64,000 nucleotides of DNA, taken from NCBI RefSeq assembly GCF_963921235.1, contig NC_086097.1, positions 176,330,001 through 176,394,000 on the forward strand, given 5' to 3'. Source of the stretch: Mobula hypostoma. Lineage: Eukaryota. Below are positions 37,441-49,820 of this stretch, piece after piece; within the stretch, counting starts at the first letter, position 1, and each line of letters starts with the position of its first letter. Made by a program: the position numbers and the translations under genes. Below the pieces are notes generated by a model. It searched no databases. It had not been told where the DNA came from and saw only the letters and a list, made by a program, of their open reading frames with translations.

Positions 37441-39370
37441 AACATACGTCAAAGTTGCTGGTGAACGCAGCAGGCCAAGCAGCATCTGTAGGAAGAGGTG
37501 CAGTCAATGTTTCAGGCCGAGACCCCTCGTCAGGACTAACTGAAGGAAGAGTGAGTAAGGGATTTGAAAGTTGGAGGGGGAGGGGGAGATCCAAAATGAT
37601 AGGAGAAGACAGGAGGGGGAGGGATAGAGCCGAGAGCTGGACAGGTGATAGGCAAAAGGGGATACGAGAGGATCATGGGACAGGAGGTCCGGGAAGAAAG
37701 ACAAGGAGGTGGGGGGGGACCCAGAGGATGGGCAAGAGGTATATTCAGAGGGACAGAGGGAGAAAAAGGAGAGTGAGAGAAAGAATGTGTGCATAAAAAT
37801 GAGTAACAGATGGGGTACGAGGGGGAGGTGGGGCCTTAGCGGAAGTTAGAGAAGTCGATGTTCATGCCATCAGGTTGGAGGCTACCCAGATGGAATATAA
37901 GGTGTTGTTCCTCCAACCTGAGTGTGGCTTCATCTTTACAGTAGAGGAGGCCGTGGATAGACATGTCAGAATGGGAATGGGATGTGGAATTAAAATGTGT
38001 GGCCACTGGGAGATCCTGCTTTCTCTGGCGGACAGAGCGTAGATGTTCAGCAAAGCGGTCTCCTAGTCTGCGTCGGGTCTCGCCAATACATAAAAGGCCA
38101 CATCGGGAGCACCGGACGCAGTATATCACCCCAGTCGACTCACAGGTGAAGTGATGCCTCACCTGGAAGGACTGTTTGGGGCCCTGAATGGTGGTAAGGG
38201 AGGAAGTGTAAGGGCATGTGTAGCACTTGTTCAGCTTACACGGATAAGTGCCAGGAGGGAGATCAGTGGGGAGGGATGGGGGGGACGAATGGACAAGGGA
38301 GTTGTGTAGGGAGCGATCCCTGCGGAATACAGAGAGGGGGGGAAGGGAAAGATGTGCTTAGTGGTGGGATCCCGTTGGAGGTGGCGGAAGTTACGGAGAA
38401 TAATATGTTGGACCCGGAGGCTGGTGGGGTGGTAGGTGAGGACCGGGGGAACCCTATTCTTAGTGGGGTGGTGGGAGGATGGAGTGAGAGCAGATGTACG
38501 TGAAATGGGGGAGATGCGTTTAAGAGCAGAGTTGATCGTGGAGGAAGGGAAGCCCCTTTCTTTAAAAAAGGAAGACATCTCCCTTGTCCCAGAATGAAAA
38601 GCCTCATCCTGAGAGCAGATGCAGCGGAGACAGAGGAATTGCGAGAAGGGGATGGCGTTTTTGCAAGAGACAGGGTGAGAAGAGGAATAGTCCAGATAGC
38701 TGTGAGAGTCAGTAGGCTTATAGTAGACATCAGTGGATAAGCTGTCTCCAGAGACAGAGACAGAAAGATCTAGAAAGGGGAGGGAGGTGTCGGAAATGGA
38801 CCAGGTAAACTTGAGGGCAGGGTGAAAGTTGGAGGCAAAGTTAATAAAGTCAACGAGTTCTGCATGCGTGCAGGAAGCAGCGCCAATGCAGTCGTCGATG
38901 TAGCGAAGGAAAAGTGGGGGACAGATCAGAATAGGCACGGAACATAGATTGTTCCACAAACCTAACAAAAAGGCAGGCATAGCTAGGACCCATACGGGTG
39001 CCCATAGCTACACCTTTAGTTTGGAGGAAGTGGGAGGAGCCAAAGGAGAAATTATTAAGAGTAAGGACTAATTTCGCTAGACGGAGCAGAGTGGTGGTAG
39101 AGGGGAACTGATTAGGTCTGGAAGCCAAAAAGAAGCATAGAGCTTTGAGACCTTCCTGATGGGGGATGGAAGTATATAAGGACTGGATCTCCCCCTCCCC
39201 CTCCAACTTTCAAATCCCTTACTCACTCTTCCTTCAGTTAGTCCTGACGAAGGGTCTCGGCCTGAAACGTTGACTGCACCTCTTCCTGGAGATGCTACTT
39301 GGCCTGTTGCGTTCACCAGCAACTTTGATGTATGTTGCTTGAATTTCCAGCATCTGCAGAATTTCTGTTG
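37441..39370 (-). mobile_element. Penelope-like retroelement, 5'-truncated with inverted terminal repeat, frameshifted RT + GIY-YIG
   Basis: 14-bp TSD TATATGTTCTAGAC (37427-37440, 39371-39384); QTKGVAMGT..GPSYA, YIDD, GVIYCVRCSRC..CIGET..RFAEH; pLTR at both ends in inverted orientation. Confidence 0.92.
39239..39276 (+). ncRNA. Minimal type I hammerhead ribozyme motif in Penelope pLTR
   Basis: UAGUC-CUGACGA-AGG gucucgg CCU-GAAAC-GUU^GACUG. Confidence 0.65.
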
Positions 39371-40764
39371 TATATGTTCTAGACTGCAGGTCTGGTGAAC
39401 TTTTTGAGAGTTTGCCCAAATTGCTGATAATGTGTTTTTTTAATACTTGCATGTCATGGAAATTTTGAGCAGAGGTTATCATTAATTAATGAATTAGTAA
39501 TGATAGTTATGGATTTTTAAGGATAACGGATGAGTTCTGTTATATAACACTCATCTATTCATTTTTCACTATTAATAAAGGTATAACAGAGAATTTGAAC
39601 CACATACTTGTGTGATCTTGCAGATGCTGGAAATCCGGAGAACCAGACACACAAAATGCCAGAGGCATTCACAGGTCAGGCAGCATCTTGGGAAAGGTTT
39701 TAAAGAGTTGATGTTTCAGGCTAAGATCCTTCATCAAAATTGGAAAGGAAGGAGGAAGAAGCTAGAATAAAAAAAGTGGGGTGAATGGAAGGAGTAATCA
39801 AAGATGACGGAGAGCAGTGAGAGAAGGACTGACTGAACTGCTGAAGAGAAGGTTTAAACTTCAGCATACATACAGTATTCACTGTTATTATCACTGAATA
39901 ATCCAGGGTTCACTTGCAAATGACAGAAGGGAAAAAATATAAGCAGAGCAAAGGCAATACCGTCTGGTAACTATCCAAATACTTATGTGTACACTAGGCC
40001 TGTGAGGATTTCAAAACGTACTATCCAGCGTACCATGCTCTTGCAACCATCCTGCTGGCGCCAAGCTGGCGAGAGATGTTTCCTGTGACAACATCTCACT
40101 GCTCCCAGGCTGTAAAAAGTCATTCACCGCTTCATTAGGTACTAAAGATAAACAGTGCATTTGTTTATTATGGGTGAGGTTTTGATAATCATTGGGTAGT
40201 ACTGCATGTCGCGTGCTAACAATTTTTCTCTGTATGTATCTTGGGCATGAGTGCCATAGGTTTGGCCACACCTGTCCAGTTGTATATTCAGGGGATGAGG
40301 GGAGGATTGATAAACTTGGATTGTTTTCTCTGGGTGTTGGAGGTACAGGGGAAACCTAGCGCATACATGAAATTATTAGGCATAGATTGAGTAGATGGTT
40401 AGGGTCTTATTTCCCCAGTGTGTTGTTATCATATGTTAGTCGACATGACTTTAATATGAGATGGGTAATGTTTAAAGAAGATTTTATGAGGCAAGTGTGT
40501 GTGTATTTTTTTTACAATGGTAGGTGCCCAGAATGTGCTGTCGGGGAAAGAGATGGAAATGCATGAAAGCAAGGTTTAAAAGGCATTTGAAGCAGACACA
40601 TGAACAGACACAATATGTAGAGTAATGGGCTTTGAGCAGGCAAATTGCTTAGCATAGGCATTATGACACACTTTATGCTGTGCAGTTCTGCCCTTTAAAA
40701 GAGCTCAACACCGTTCTTGCAAGCGAGGTTTAGTAGCTGATGTTTTTTAAATTGTATCTACTAA

Positions 40765-41070
40765 TGGGCAGTACAGCGGTGTAGCAGCTTGTATAATGCT
40801 TTACAGTGCTGGAGACCCATGCTTAATTGCACCATGCACTATCTGTATGATGTTTTATGTGGATTTCTTCTGTATGCTCTGGCTTCTTCCCAGGTTCCAA
40901 AGTCACATTGATTGGTAAGGGTGAGTGAGTTGTGGGCATGCTATGTTGAAGACGGAAGTTTGGTGACACTTTGTAGGCTGCCTCCAGTGCATAATCAGAC
41001 TGTGTTATTGATGGTGACGCTTTTTCATTGCATGTTTCAACATACATATGACAAATTAAACTAATCATAA
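40765..41070 (+). mobile_element. Degenerate tRNA-derived SINE (V-SINE/HE1-like); related copies near 19100-19320 (-), 22240-22500 (+), 28500-28700 (-), 50510-50830 (+), 54600-54890 (-)
   Basis: tRNA-like head (gggcagtacagcggtgtagc...) and degenerate V-domain-like 'tgggtttcctccgggtgctccggtttcctcccaca' core in the copies. Confidence 0.55.
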
Positions 41071-43737
41071 TTTTCTCTATCTTAACTTTCCCACTGTTAA
41101 AATTAATATTTATTTAGTGACACCCTATGACTATGACATGGCACCCATTCAGCCATAGCCCCCCGTCAAGCAGAGTCTGGTGTGGTTAGATGACATTGCA
41201 TTTGCTGACTGGGCAAGCCTTAGGAATGACTCGCATGGTATGAATCACAACACAACCATGGAAACATTCATGAGAAGGAACAATGATTGACAGTGGCTGC
41301 ACTCAGTTCCACAGAATAAGGATTTGGAAGGAAATTGATTCTGGACATAGATGAGAATGCTAAGAAAGCTCACCAAGGCCCCTACTTTCTCAGGAAGGTA
41401 AAGAAATTTGACATGTCCTTGTAGACTCTTAGCAGTTTTTTTTTATCAGTGCACCATAGAAACCATTCTAGCTGGATGCATCACAGCTGGGATGGCAGCT
41501 ATTCTGCACATCACCACAAAAAACTGCAGTGAGTTAGATAGCATCTGTGGAGGGAAATGTACAGTCAATATTTTGGGTTGAGACTCCGTCCTCATGAAGG
41601 ATTGAGTCAAGACGGGCAGCATCTATGGATGGGAATAAACAGCCAACGTTCCTGGCTAAGACCATCAAGACTGGAAAGGAACGGAGCAGAAGCCAGAATA
41701 AGAAGGTGGGGGAGAGGAAGGATACAAGTTGCTGGATGATTGGTAAAACCAGCTGAGGGAGAAGGTGAGTATGTGAGGAAGGGGGGGTAGTGAATTAAGA
41801 AGCTGGTTGGTAAGAGACGGAAGACTTAAAGGGCTGAAGAAGAAGGAACCTAAAAGGAGAGGATAGTGAACCATGGAATAAAAGGAAAGAGGAAGGGAAC
41901 AAAAGGGAGGTGATGGGCAGGTGAGGAGAAGAGAAAGGGGTGAGAGGGTAACTAGGATGGGAAATAGAAAAAGAGAACCAGGTGAAGGGAGTAATTACCA
42001 GAGGTTAGAGAAATGGATGGTAATCAAGTTGGAGGCTATCCAGCCAGAATATCCACCAACCTGAGTTTGGCCTCATTATGGCAGAAGAGGAGGCCATGGA
42101 CAGACAGAGGTCAAGTTACAACTTTATAAAATGTTGGTTAGACCACAGCTGGCTTAGTTCTGGTCACCACACTATAGGAAGGGTATGACTGGACAGAATG
42201 CAGAGGAAATTTACCAGTAGATATCCTGGGGTAGAATGTTCCAGTTATGAGGAGAGAAAGAATAGTCTTTTCATAAAGAGATACAACACAGAGACAGGTT
42301 ATTCATTCCACACTGACCATTAACCACCCTTTTATTCTCACACACTTGGAGTGCCATATCTGCAAACGCCATACTGGAGGTGGGTAGGTTTGAACCCGGT
42401 TCACTGGTACTATGTGGGAGCAGTCCGACCAGCAACACCAATATGTCATCCTTGTTACCAATTCTGTATCTGCTGTGCCATTCAGCTGAGTCGGGTCATA
42501 AGTCACATTGCAACGTAAAAATACAGAAGCAGAAGATGTTTGAGGCACTCAGCAAATTAGGCAGCATGTATAGGGAAGAATAAACAGTTGATGCCTTGGC
42601 CTGAAATGGCGACTGTTTATCATCTTCGTAGATATTGCCTGACTTGCCAAATCTCTCCAGCATTTTGTGTGTGTGTGTGTTGCTCAGGATTTGCAGCATC
42701 TGCAGAACCTCTTCTGTTTAATAACAGAAAATGCTATAGGTGCATTAACAAGCTGTTCAATATGTGCATGACTAATCTTCGAGTGTATTAGCACATTCCT
42801 GACCTCTACATGTAGTCCTTGCTGTCTTTTGGTTCTAGAAAACTGTCTGACCTTGAATGTATTCAGCAATTTGGTGTCATTGGACGTTGAGGGAAGAAAT
42901 ATCTCCACAATTCAGTGCTGCATAGTTTACTCCTTTTCCCCAATCCCGATACTCTTCATGACTAGCCCCCAGTCGTGAGAAACAACCTCCCCAAATCCAG
43001 CCTGCCAAGTCCTTTTAAGTGCAGAATTCTGCATTTGGAAGAATCCCTTATTGTTACCAAGGCATGTCCTGAAGGCGCTTCGTATTGGGGAGTGCCTGAG
43101 TCTGCTTTTCTTTGTCAGCAATAATGTGATGATATCACCTAACCTGCACATAAAAGAGTGTTTTGTTCTATATGCTACACACCTAAAACTGTCCTGGCTC
43201 AGGACCAAAAGGACTTGTCACATTAGCTCTAAACATAACATTCCCAGTGCTTTCATTTAATCTCAAACATGATTTGAGACCACTCTAGGGACCTGGGGAG
43301 CACAAGTGCATTGCTCATTGAAGCAGCACGCCAATGGACAGGGAGGTGAAAAAAGCACTTAGCATGTTGGTTTTCATTAGAGCATAAATGTATTGGAGAT
43401 GGGACAGGATGTTGCAGTTGTACAAGTCATTGTTGAGGCTGCACTTGGGGTACATGTTGAGATTTGGCCACCCTGTCAATATTACCAAAAAGATGGAGGT
43501 ACAGGAGCCTTAAGAACCCCCACTCAATGTTTTAGAAACAGCTCTTCCCCTCTGCCATCAGATTTCCGAATGATCCATAAACCAATGAACACTACCTCAC
43601 GATTTTATTCTCTTTTGGCACTATTTATTTGTTTTTTTAAATCTATTTCTTATTGTAATTTATATGTATGGCACTGTCCTGGTGCTGCTGAACAGCAATT
43701 TTGTTCATTTCCTTTTTTTTGTATTTGTTTCCTTTTT

Positions 43738-44570
43738 AATGTTCAGCAACACAACAGAGGAAGTGATTGTAACAGGAAAAATAACAACATCTAAAGGACA
43801 TTTCGACACCTACAGGGATAGGAAGGGATTAGAGAGATAGGGGCCAAATCAAGCAAATGGGACCAGCTTGTAAGTATCATGGTTGGTGTGAATCTCAAAC
43901 TTAAAAAAAACAGAAAATGCCAGAAAAACTCCAAGTCAGACACAGTTAATGATTCAGGCTTGGGATTATTCATCAGAAATGAGAAGGGGAGAAGGCAAGT
44001 TGGTGTTTGTGGCAGAGAAGGAGGGGGAGGATAATGGGTTGAATTTCTCTGGTAGGTTGAATGAATTCTGTCTAGCCGGATGGAACTTGTGCGACAAGAG
44101 TCATAGGCACTAGAACACATGTAACACCTGTGTGGTGCTTGTCTTATCTCATGTGATTGGTCACCATACTCTTCATGAGAAAATCAAATTATATAGTCCT
44201 ACACTAGATGCTAGTGGGCCATCAGAACCTCTAGATAGCGGAAGGAGGCAGCGAATAGAAAACACTTCTGGAAATAAGTTTGTTTAAAAAAAATAGAAAT
44301 ATATATGAAATATTTACATGAGTAAGAACAATTCAAAATTCCTACATTCTGTTTAAATTTCAAATCTCAAATATCAAACGAAAACTAAAATCCTTTTTAG
44401 TTAGAATCATAGAATAACTTTTATTACTCCACTTTCTCTAACTAATTAGATCTAGTGTTAGGCCCTATTTAAAGGTCTACAAACAATTGCCTTTCTATTT
44501 ATCACATTTCATTAGAAAACTAATTGAATTCCTATTCTTAAGTATTATGGTTAACTTCAGTTTCAGCTCC
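43738..44570. repeat. Copy 1 of an ~830-bp inverted duplication (copy 2 at 61211-62068)
   Basis: Colinear reverse-complement match, e.g. aatgttcagcaacacaacagaggaagtg and gtgttaggccctatttaaagg. Confidence 0.9.
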
Positions 44571-44585
44571 TCATGTTCCATTCTT

Positions 44586-46510
44586 GCAACATCTAATTAG
44601 GGAGAGCCAGCATAGGTTTATGCAGGGCAAATTGTGTCTTATTAACTTGATTGAGTTTTTTGATGAGATAACGAGAGTGATTGTTGAAGATAGAACTGTG
44701 TATGCTGTCTACGTAGGTATTAGTAAGGCATTTGATGAGGAACGCTTATCCAGAAGATTAAGATGAATGGGAAATCAGATGCATACGCATAGTGAATTTG
44801 GCTGTTTGGACTCAGAAATGGCTTGCCCACAGAAGACGGAGGATAATGGTTGAAGGGGCTTATTCTGGCTGGAGGTTTGTGTTTAGTGGTGCTCTGCAGG
44901 GGTCTGTACTGGGACCTCTGCTGTTTGTGACGTACATAAATGATGAATATATAGATGATTGGGTTAGTAAGTTTGCAGATGGTACAACGATTGGTGGTGT
45001 TGTGGATAGTGTAGATAACTGGCAAAGTATACAACAGGATATTGATCAGTTGCAAACATGAGTGGAGAAATGGCAGATGTAGTTTAGACTAGATTAGATT
45101 AAATCATGAGAACTCTCAGTCCTTGTTTATTGTCATTTAGAAATGCATGCATTAAGAAATGATACAATGTTCCTACAGGGTGATATCACAAAAAAAAGGA
45201 CAAACCAAAGACTAACACCTACAAGACCACATAATTATAACATATAGTTACAGCAGTGCAAAGCAATACCATAATTTGACAAAGAGCAGACCATGGGAAC
45301 GACAAAAAAAATGTCTCAAAGTTCTGATCGACTTCCGATGGTCCCTGATAGCAGGCGGCAGAAGGGAGAAACTCTGTCTGCCATAAACCTCCAGGCACCG
45401 ACAACTGTTGATGCATTGGAAGCACCCGACCACAGCTGACCCTGAGTCTGTCCGAAAGCTTCGAGCCTCCGACCAGCCCCCCTACACCGAGCACCAAGCA
45501 CCATCTCTGCCGAGTGCCTCGACCCCATCCCGGTCGCCAAGCAACAAGCAAAGTCGAGGATTCGGGGCCTTCCCCTCCAGAGATTCTGGATCACACAGTA
45601 ACAGCGGCAGCGAAAAAGGCATTTCAGAAGTTTCTCCAGATGTTCCTCCATTCTCTCATGTCTGTCTCCATCAAATCAGGATTGTGCATGGCACCCTACT
45701 TGACAGATTACAGATATCATTCACCGGAGTGGCCATGCAATCTGCGTCGCGCCGCCATCTTCTCCTCCTCCTTGGTTTAACCCAGCCAAGTGAAAAGTCT
45801 TGTACCTTGGTAGGTCAAATTTGAAGAGACAATGCACTGTTAAGGGTAAGACCTTTAATAGCATTGAAGAGCAGAGGGATCTTGGGGTCCAAGTTCATAG
45901 CTCCCTAAGAGTGGCTACATAAGCTGATAGTGTGGATAAGAAGGCATGTGGCAATGCTTAGGTGAGGCATTGAGTTTAAAAGTCTGCAAGGTATATCGCA
46001 GCTTAATAAAACTCTAGTTAGGCTGCATCTGGATTATTGCATATAGTTCTGGTTATGCCATAATAGGAAGGATGTCAAGGCTTTGGAGAGGGTGCAGAGA
46101 ATCTTTACTGCCTGGATTAGGAGGCATGTTGTATAACGAGAGGTTAAGCAATCTTGGGTTGTTTTCTCTGTACTGTCGGAGGCTGAGGGGAGATCTGACA
46201 GGTGTTTATTAGATTATTAGAGGCATTGATTGAGTAGACAGTATCTTTTTCTCAGGGTTAAGGTGAGAGGGGGTAAGTTCAAAGGAGGTGTGAGAGGCAA
46301 GCTTTTTGCCCAGATAGTGGTGGATGGCAGAGGAGGAAGCATTAGAGACTTTTAAGAGACATTTAGATACACATAAATGTGAGAAATATGGGAGGATATG
46401 GACATTGTGTAGGCAGAGGGCATTAGTTTAGTTGGCCACTTGATGACTAACTTACTTGGTTCGGTACAACATTATGGGCTGAAGGGCCTGGCCCTGTGTT
46501 ATGTTCTGTG
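44586..46510 (+). mobile_element. CR1 LINE fragment interrupted by the 45087-45774 insertion
   Basis: SQHxFMQGKxCLxNLIEFF, SGxxQGSVLGPLLF, SKFAD motifs. Confidence 0.85.
45087..45774 (-). mobile_element. ~690-bp non-autonomous LINE-derived (SINE-like) element, copy 1
   Basis: Minus-strand head AAGATGGCGGCG, tail TGACAATAAAC...(TCTAA)n; GTTTA duplicated at 45082-45086 and 45775-45779. Confidence 0.75.
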
Positions 46511-46965
46511 AGTTGCTACGCCCCAATATTCCTCAATCCACATTATTTACCATTTCAACTTATAAAACAGACCTTTCTATCCAGAACACACACCAGCCCC
46601 TGTAGTGCCCACTGGTCCTGGAGATCCCTAGCTGCACCCATAGATATTGTGTACTCCTTCTCCCACAGATGTAACGCAAGAAGAGAAGAACCCTTGACTG
46701 CCCACCACCTGGACTTGTGAATTGCCACCTTGGCCAGGCTCAGTTGCAAGCTCATCAGGTGATCACCCAAGTGACTCACCCCTGTTCCACACTGGGTGAT
46801 TGAAGATCAGGAGATTGGGGCAGGAGATTGAACTGCAGCCAGAGCCCCAGGAGCAGCCTTTTCAGGTAATCAAATAAAGGCCACAACCTCTTGCACTCCA
46901 AATATACATCAAATGGTTTATTAGTGTCATATGTACTGAAGTACAGTGAAAAACTGTATTTTACA

Positions 46966-47655
46966 TTAGATTAGATTAGATTAGATTATGAGGACACCCA
47001 GTCCTCGTTTATTGTCATTTAGAAATGCATGCATTAAAAAAATGATACAACGTTCCTCCAGAATGATATCACAAGAAAACACAGGAGAAACCAAGACTAA
47101 AACTGACAAAACCACATAATTATAACATATGGTTACAACAGTGCAAAGTAATACCGTAATTTGATAAAGAGCAGACCATGGGCATGGTAAAAAAAAGTCT
47201 CAAAGTCCCGATAGCCTCATCATCTCACGCAGACGGTAGAAGGGAGAAACTGTCCCTGCCATGAACCTCCAAGCGCCGCAAGCTTGCTGATGCAGCACCA
47301 TTGGAAGCACCCCACTGCAGCGGACTCTGAGTCCGTGCGAAAACTTCGAGCCTCCGACTAGCCGTCCGACACCGAGCACTGAGCACCTTTCTCTGCCGAG
47401 CACTTCGACGCCACCCCAGCAGCCGAGCAATAAGCAAAGCCGAGGACTCGGGGCCTTCCCCTCCGGAGATTCTGGACCACACAGTAGCAGCAACAGCAAA
47501 GGCAGGCATTTCAGAAGTTTCACCAGATGTTCCTCCGTGCTCTCACGTCCATCTCCATCAAAACAGGATTGTGCACGGCATCCTACTTGACAAATAACAG
47601 ACATCACCACCAGAGTGGCCGCTGTGAGCTGCATCGCGCCACCATCTTCTCCTCT
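46966..47655 (-). mobile_element. ~690-bp non-autonomous LINE-derived element, copy 2
   Basis: Full-length colinear similarity to 45087-45774; (TTAGA)n end on the + strand. Confidence 0.75.
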
Positions 47656-48032
47656 TGCCACCCACACAGATCATTTCATCACATCAGTACAACAAGGCTA
47701 TATATGGGAATAGAGTAACTGAATGCAGAATAAATTTTTACAGTTACAGAGAAAATCAGTACAGGCAAGGTGTATGGTCATGACAAGGCCAAGACTTCAT
47801 ATTAATGTACTAGGTCTTTTAACAGTGAGGTAGATCTGGTGATTCGTGCTTTCAGTCTTTTGTACCTTCTGTCTGATGGGAGAGGGAGAAGAGATAACGT
47901 TCAGGGTGAGGGGGGTCTTCGATTGTCCTGGCTGCTTAACCGAGCCAGGGAAAAGTACCTGAATGGCTGACCAGCAGTGCAACTCCATATCGATTAAAAT
48001 CTTTTATGTTCCTGCTTGGGCACCCACACACA

Positions 48033-48473
48033 CACTCAGTAGCCACTTTATTAGGTACCATTGTAATGCATAGTTATTTGAGTTACTGTCTCCTTCCTGT
48101 CAGCTTGAACGAGTCTGGCCATTCTCCTTTGATTTCTCCCATTAACAAGGCATTTTGCTCACACAGCTGCCATTCACTATATAGTTTTTGGTTTTTGCAC
48201 CATTCTCTGTAAAGTCCAGAGACTTTTGTGCTTGAAAATCCCAAGAGATAAGCCATTTCTGAGATACTCCAGCCACCCTGTCTGACACCAACAATCATTC
48301 CATGGTCAAAGTCACTTAGATTATATTTCTTCCCCATTCTGATATTTGGTCTGCACAACTGAACATCTTGACCAGGTCTGCATGCTTTTATGCATTGAGT
48401 TGCTGTCACAGGATTGTCTGATCAGATATTTGCATTAATGACCAGGTGTACCTAATAAGATGGCCACTGTGTG
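48033..48473 (-). mobile_element. Internally deleted Tc1-like DNA transposon
   Basis: TIRs CACTCAGTAGCCACTTTATTAGGTAC / GTACCTAATAAGATGGCCACTGTGTG + TA; N-terminal HTH remnant MGKKxxLSDFDHGMIVGxRQGGxSISE. Confidence 0.8.
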
Positions 48474-49009
48474 TATGTAAATATGTGTGCCTATGGGATG
48501 TTTATTCTTATTTACACAGGTAAATGCAATAAAATTAGCATTTAGCAGCAGCTGCAGCAGTACAGAACAATACAAATACTTACAATTAACAAATGAACCT
48601 GCATAAAACTATAGTAATTTCTGGTTTAAAACTAACTTTTAACCCATGATTGTCATTTATTGGGACCGGCCCATCAATTTCATGTCAGTCATCGCAAACC
48701 ACGACTAACTTTGGACCTCGCTATCTACCTTGTTATGACCTCGCACCTTACTGTCTTTCTGCGCTGTACTTTCTAACTGTAACACTTTGATTCTGCATTT
48801 TGTTATTGTTTTTACTTCTTTTAGTACCTTGATAAATACTTTTTTGAAATGATCTGCATAGATGGCATGCAAAATAATTTTTTTTCACTGTACATTAGAC
48901 AATAATGAATCAATTATACAAACATTAGGCACCCATTGACACTAATCCCATTTCATTTTCCGCACACTCCAATCATCTTCTCCCAGTTTCCACCACTCAC
49001 TTGTGATCA

Positions 49010-49820
49010 TGTAGAAGGTTGTTGCAAATTACAACAGGACATTAGCGGAATGCAGAGCTGAGCTGAGAAGTGGCAGATGGAGTTCAATCTGGGAAAGTGT
49101 GAAGTGATACAGCTTGGAAGTTTGGACTTGAAGGCAGAATACAGGGTTAATGGCATGATCCTTAGCAATGAAGAGGAACAGAGGCATGGTGGGGTCCATA
49201 TCCTAGATCCCTCAATGTGTTGGACTTTATTGTACAGGAGATGAGTTCAAGAGCCATGAGGTAAAGTTGCAGCTCTGTAAAACTCTGGTTAGACCACACT
49301 TGGAATATTATGTTCTGTTCTGGTTGCCTCATTATAGGAAGGATGTGGAACAGTTAAGAGGGTGCAGAGGAGGTTTACCAGGATGCTGCCTGTATTAGAG
49401 AGCACGCCTTATGAGAAAGAGTTGAGTGAGCTACAGATTTTCTCTTTGGAACAAAAGAGATTTAGAGGTGTATTAAATGATAGGAGGTATGGATTGAGTG
49501 AACAGCCAGCACCTTTTCAACAGGGTGGAAACTGCTAATATGAGAGGTTATAACTTTAAAGTGATTGGAGAAAAGTATAAGAGGGATGTCAGACATAGAT
49601 TTTTACATAGAGAGTGGTAAGCATGCGAAACACACTGCTGGGTGTGGTGGTGGAGACAGATGCATTAGGGTCATTTAAGAGACCCTTAGATAGGCACCTA
49701 GTTGAAAGAAAAATGGAGGGCTGTTTGGGAGTGAAGTGTTAGAATTGGTCTTAGAGTAGCTAAGAGGTTGGCTCAACACTATGGGTTGAAGGGCCTGGAC
49801 GGTACTGTAATGTTCTATGT
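49010..49820 (+). mobile_element. Decayed CR1 LINE 3' fragment
   Basis: tggcagatggagttcaat..., ctggttagaccacacttggaatat..., gggtgcagaggaggtttaccaggatgctgcc motifs. Confidence 0.75.

Noticed and set aside
37836..39206. RT + GIY-YIG ORFs as a functional or domesticated gene
   Set aside because: Frameshifted, 5'-truncated, YIG motif mutated and TSD-flanked: a dead Penelope copy.
39950..43260. Non-repeat stretches (about 39950-40270 and 42730-43260) as exons of a second gene or p63 enhancers
   Set aside because: No recognisable protein motif or convincing paired splice sites. Only a single p53/p63 half-site (AGGCATGTCC near 43060) was seen.
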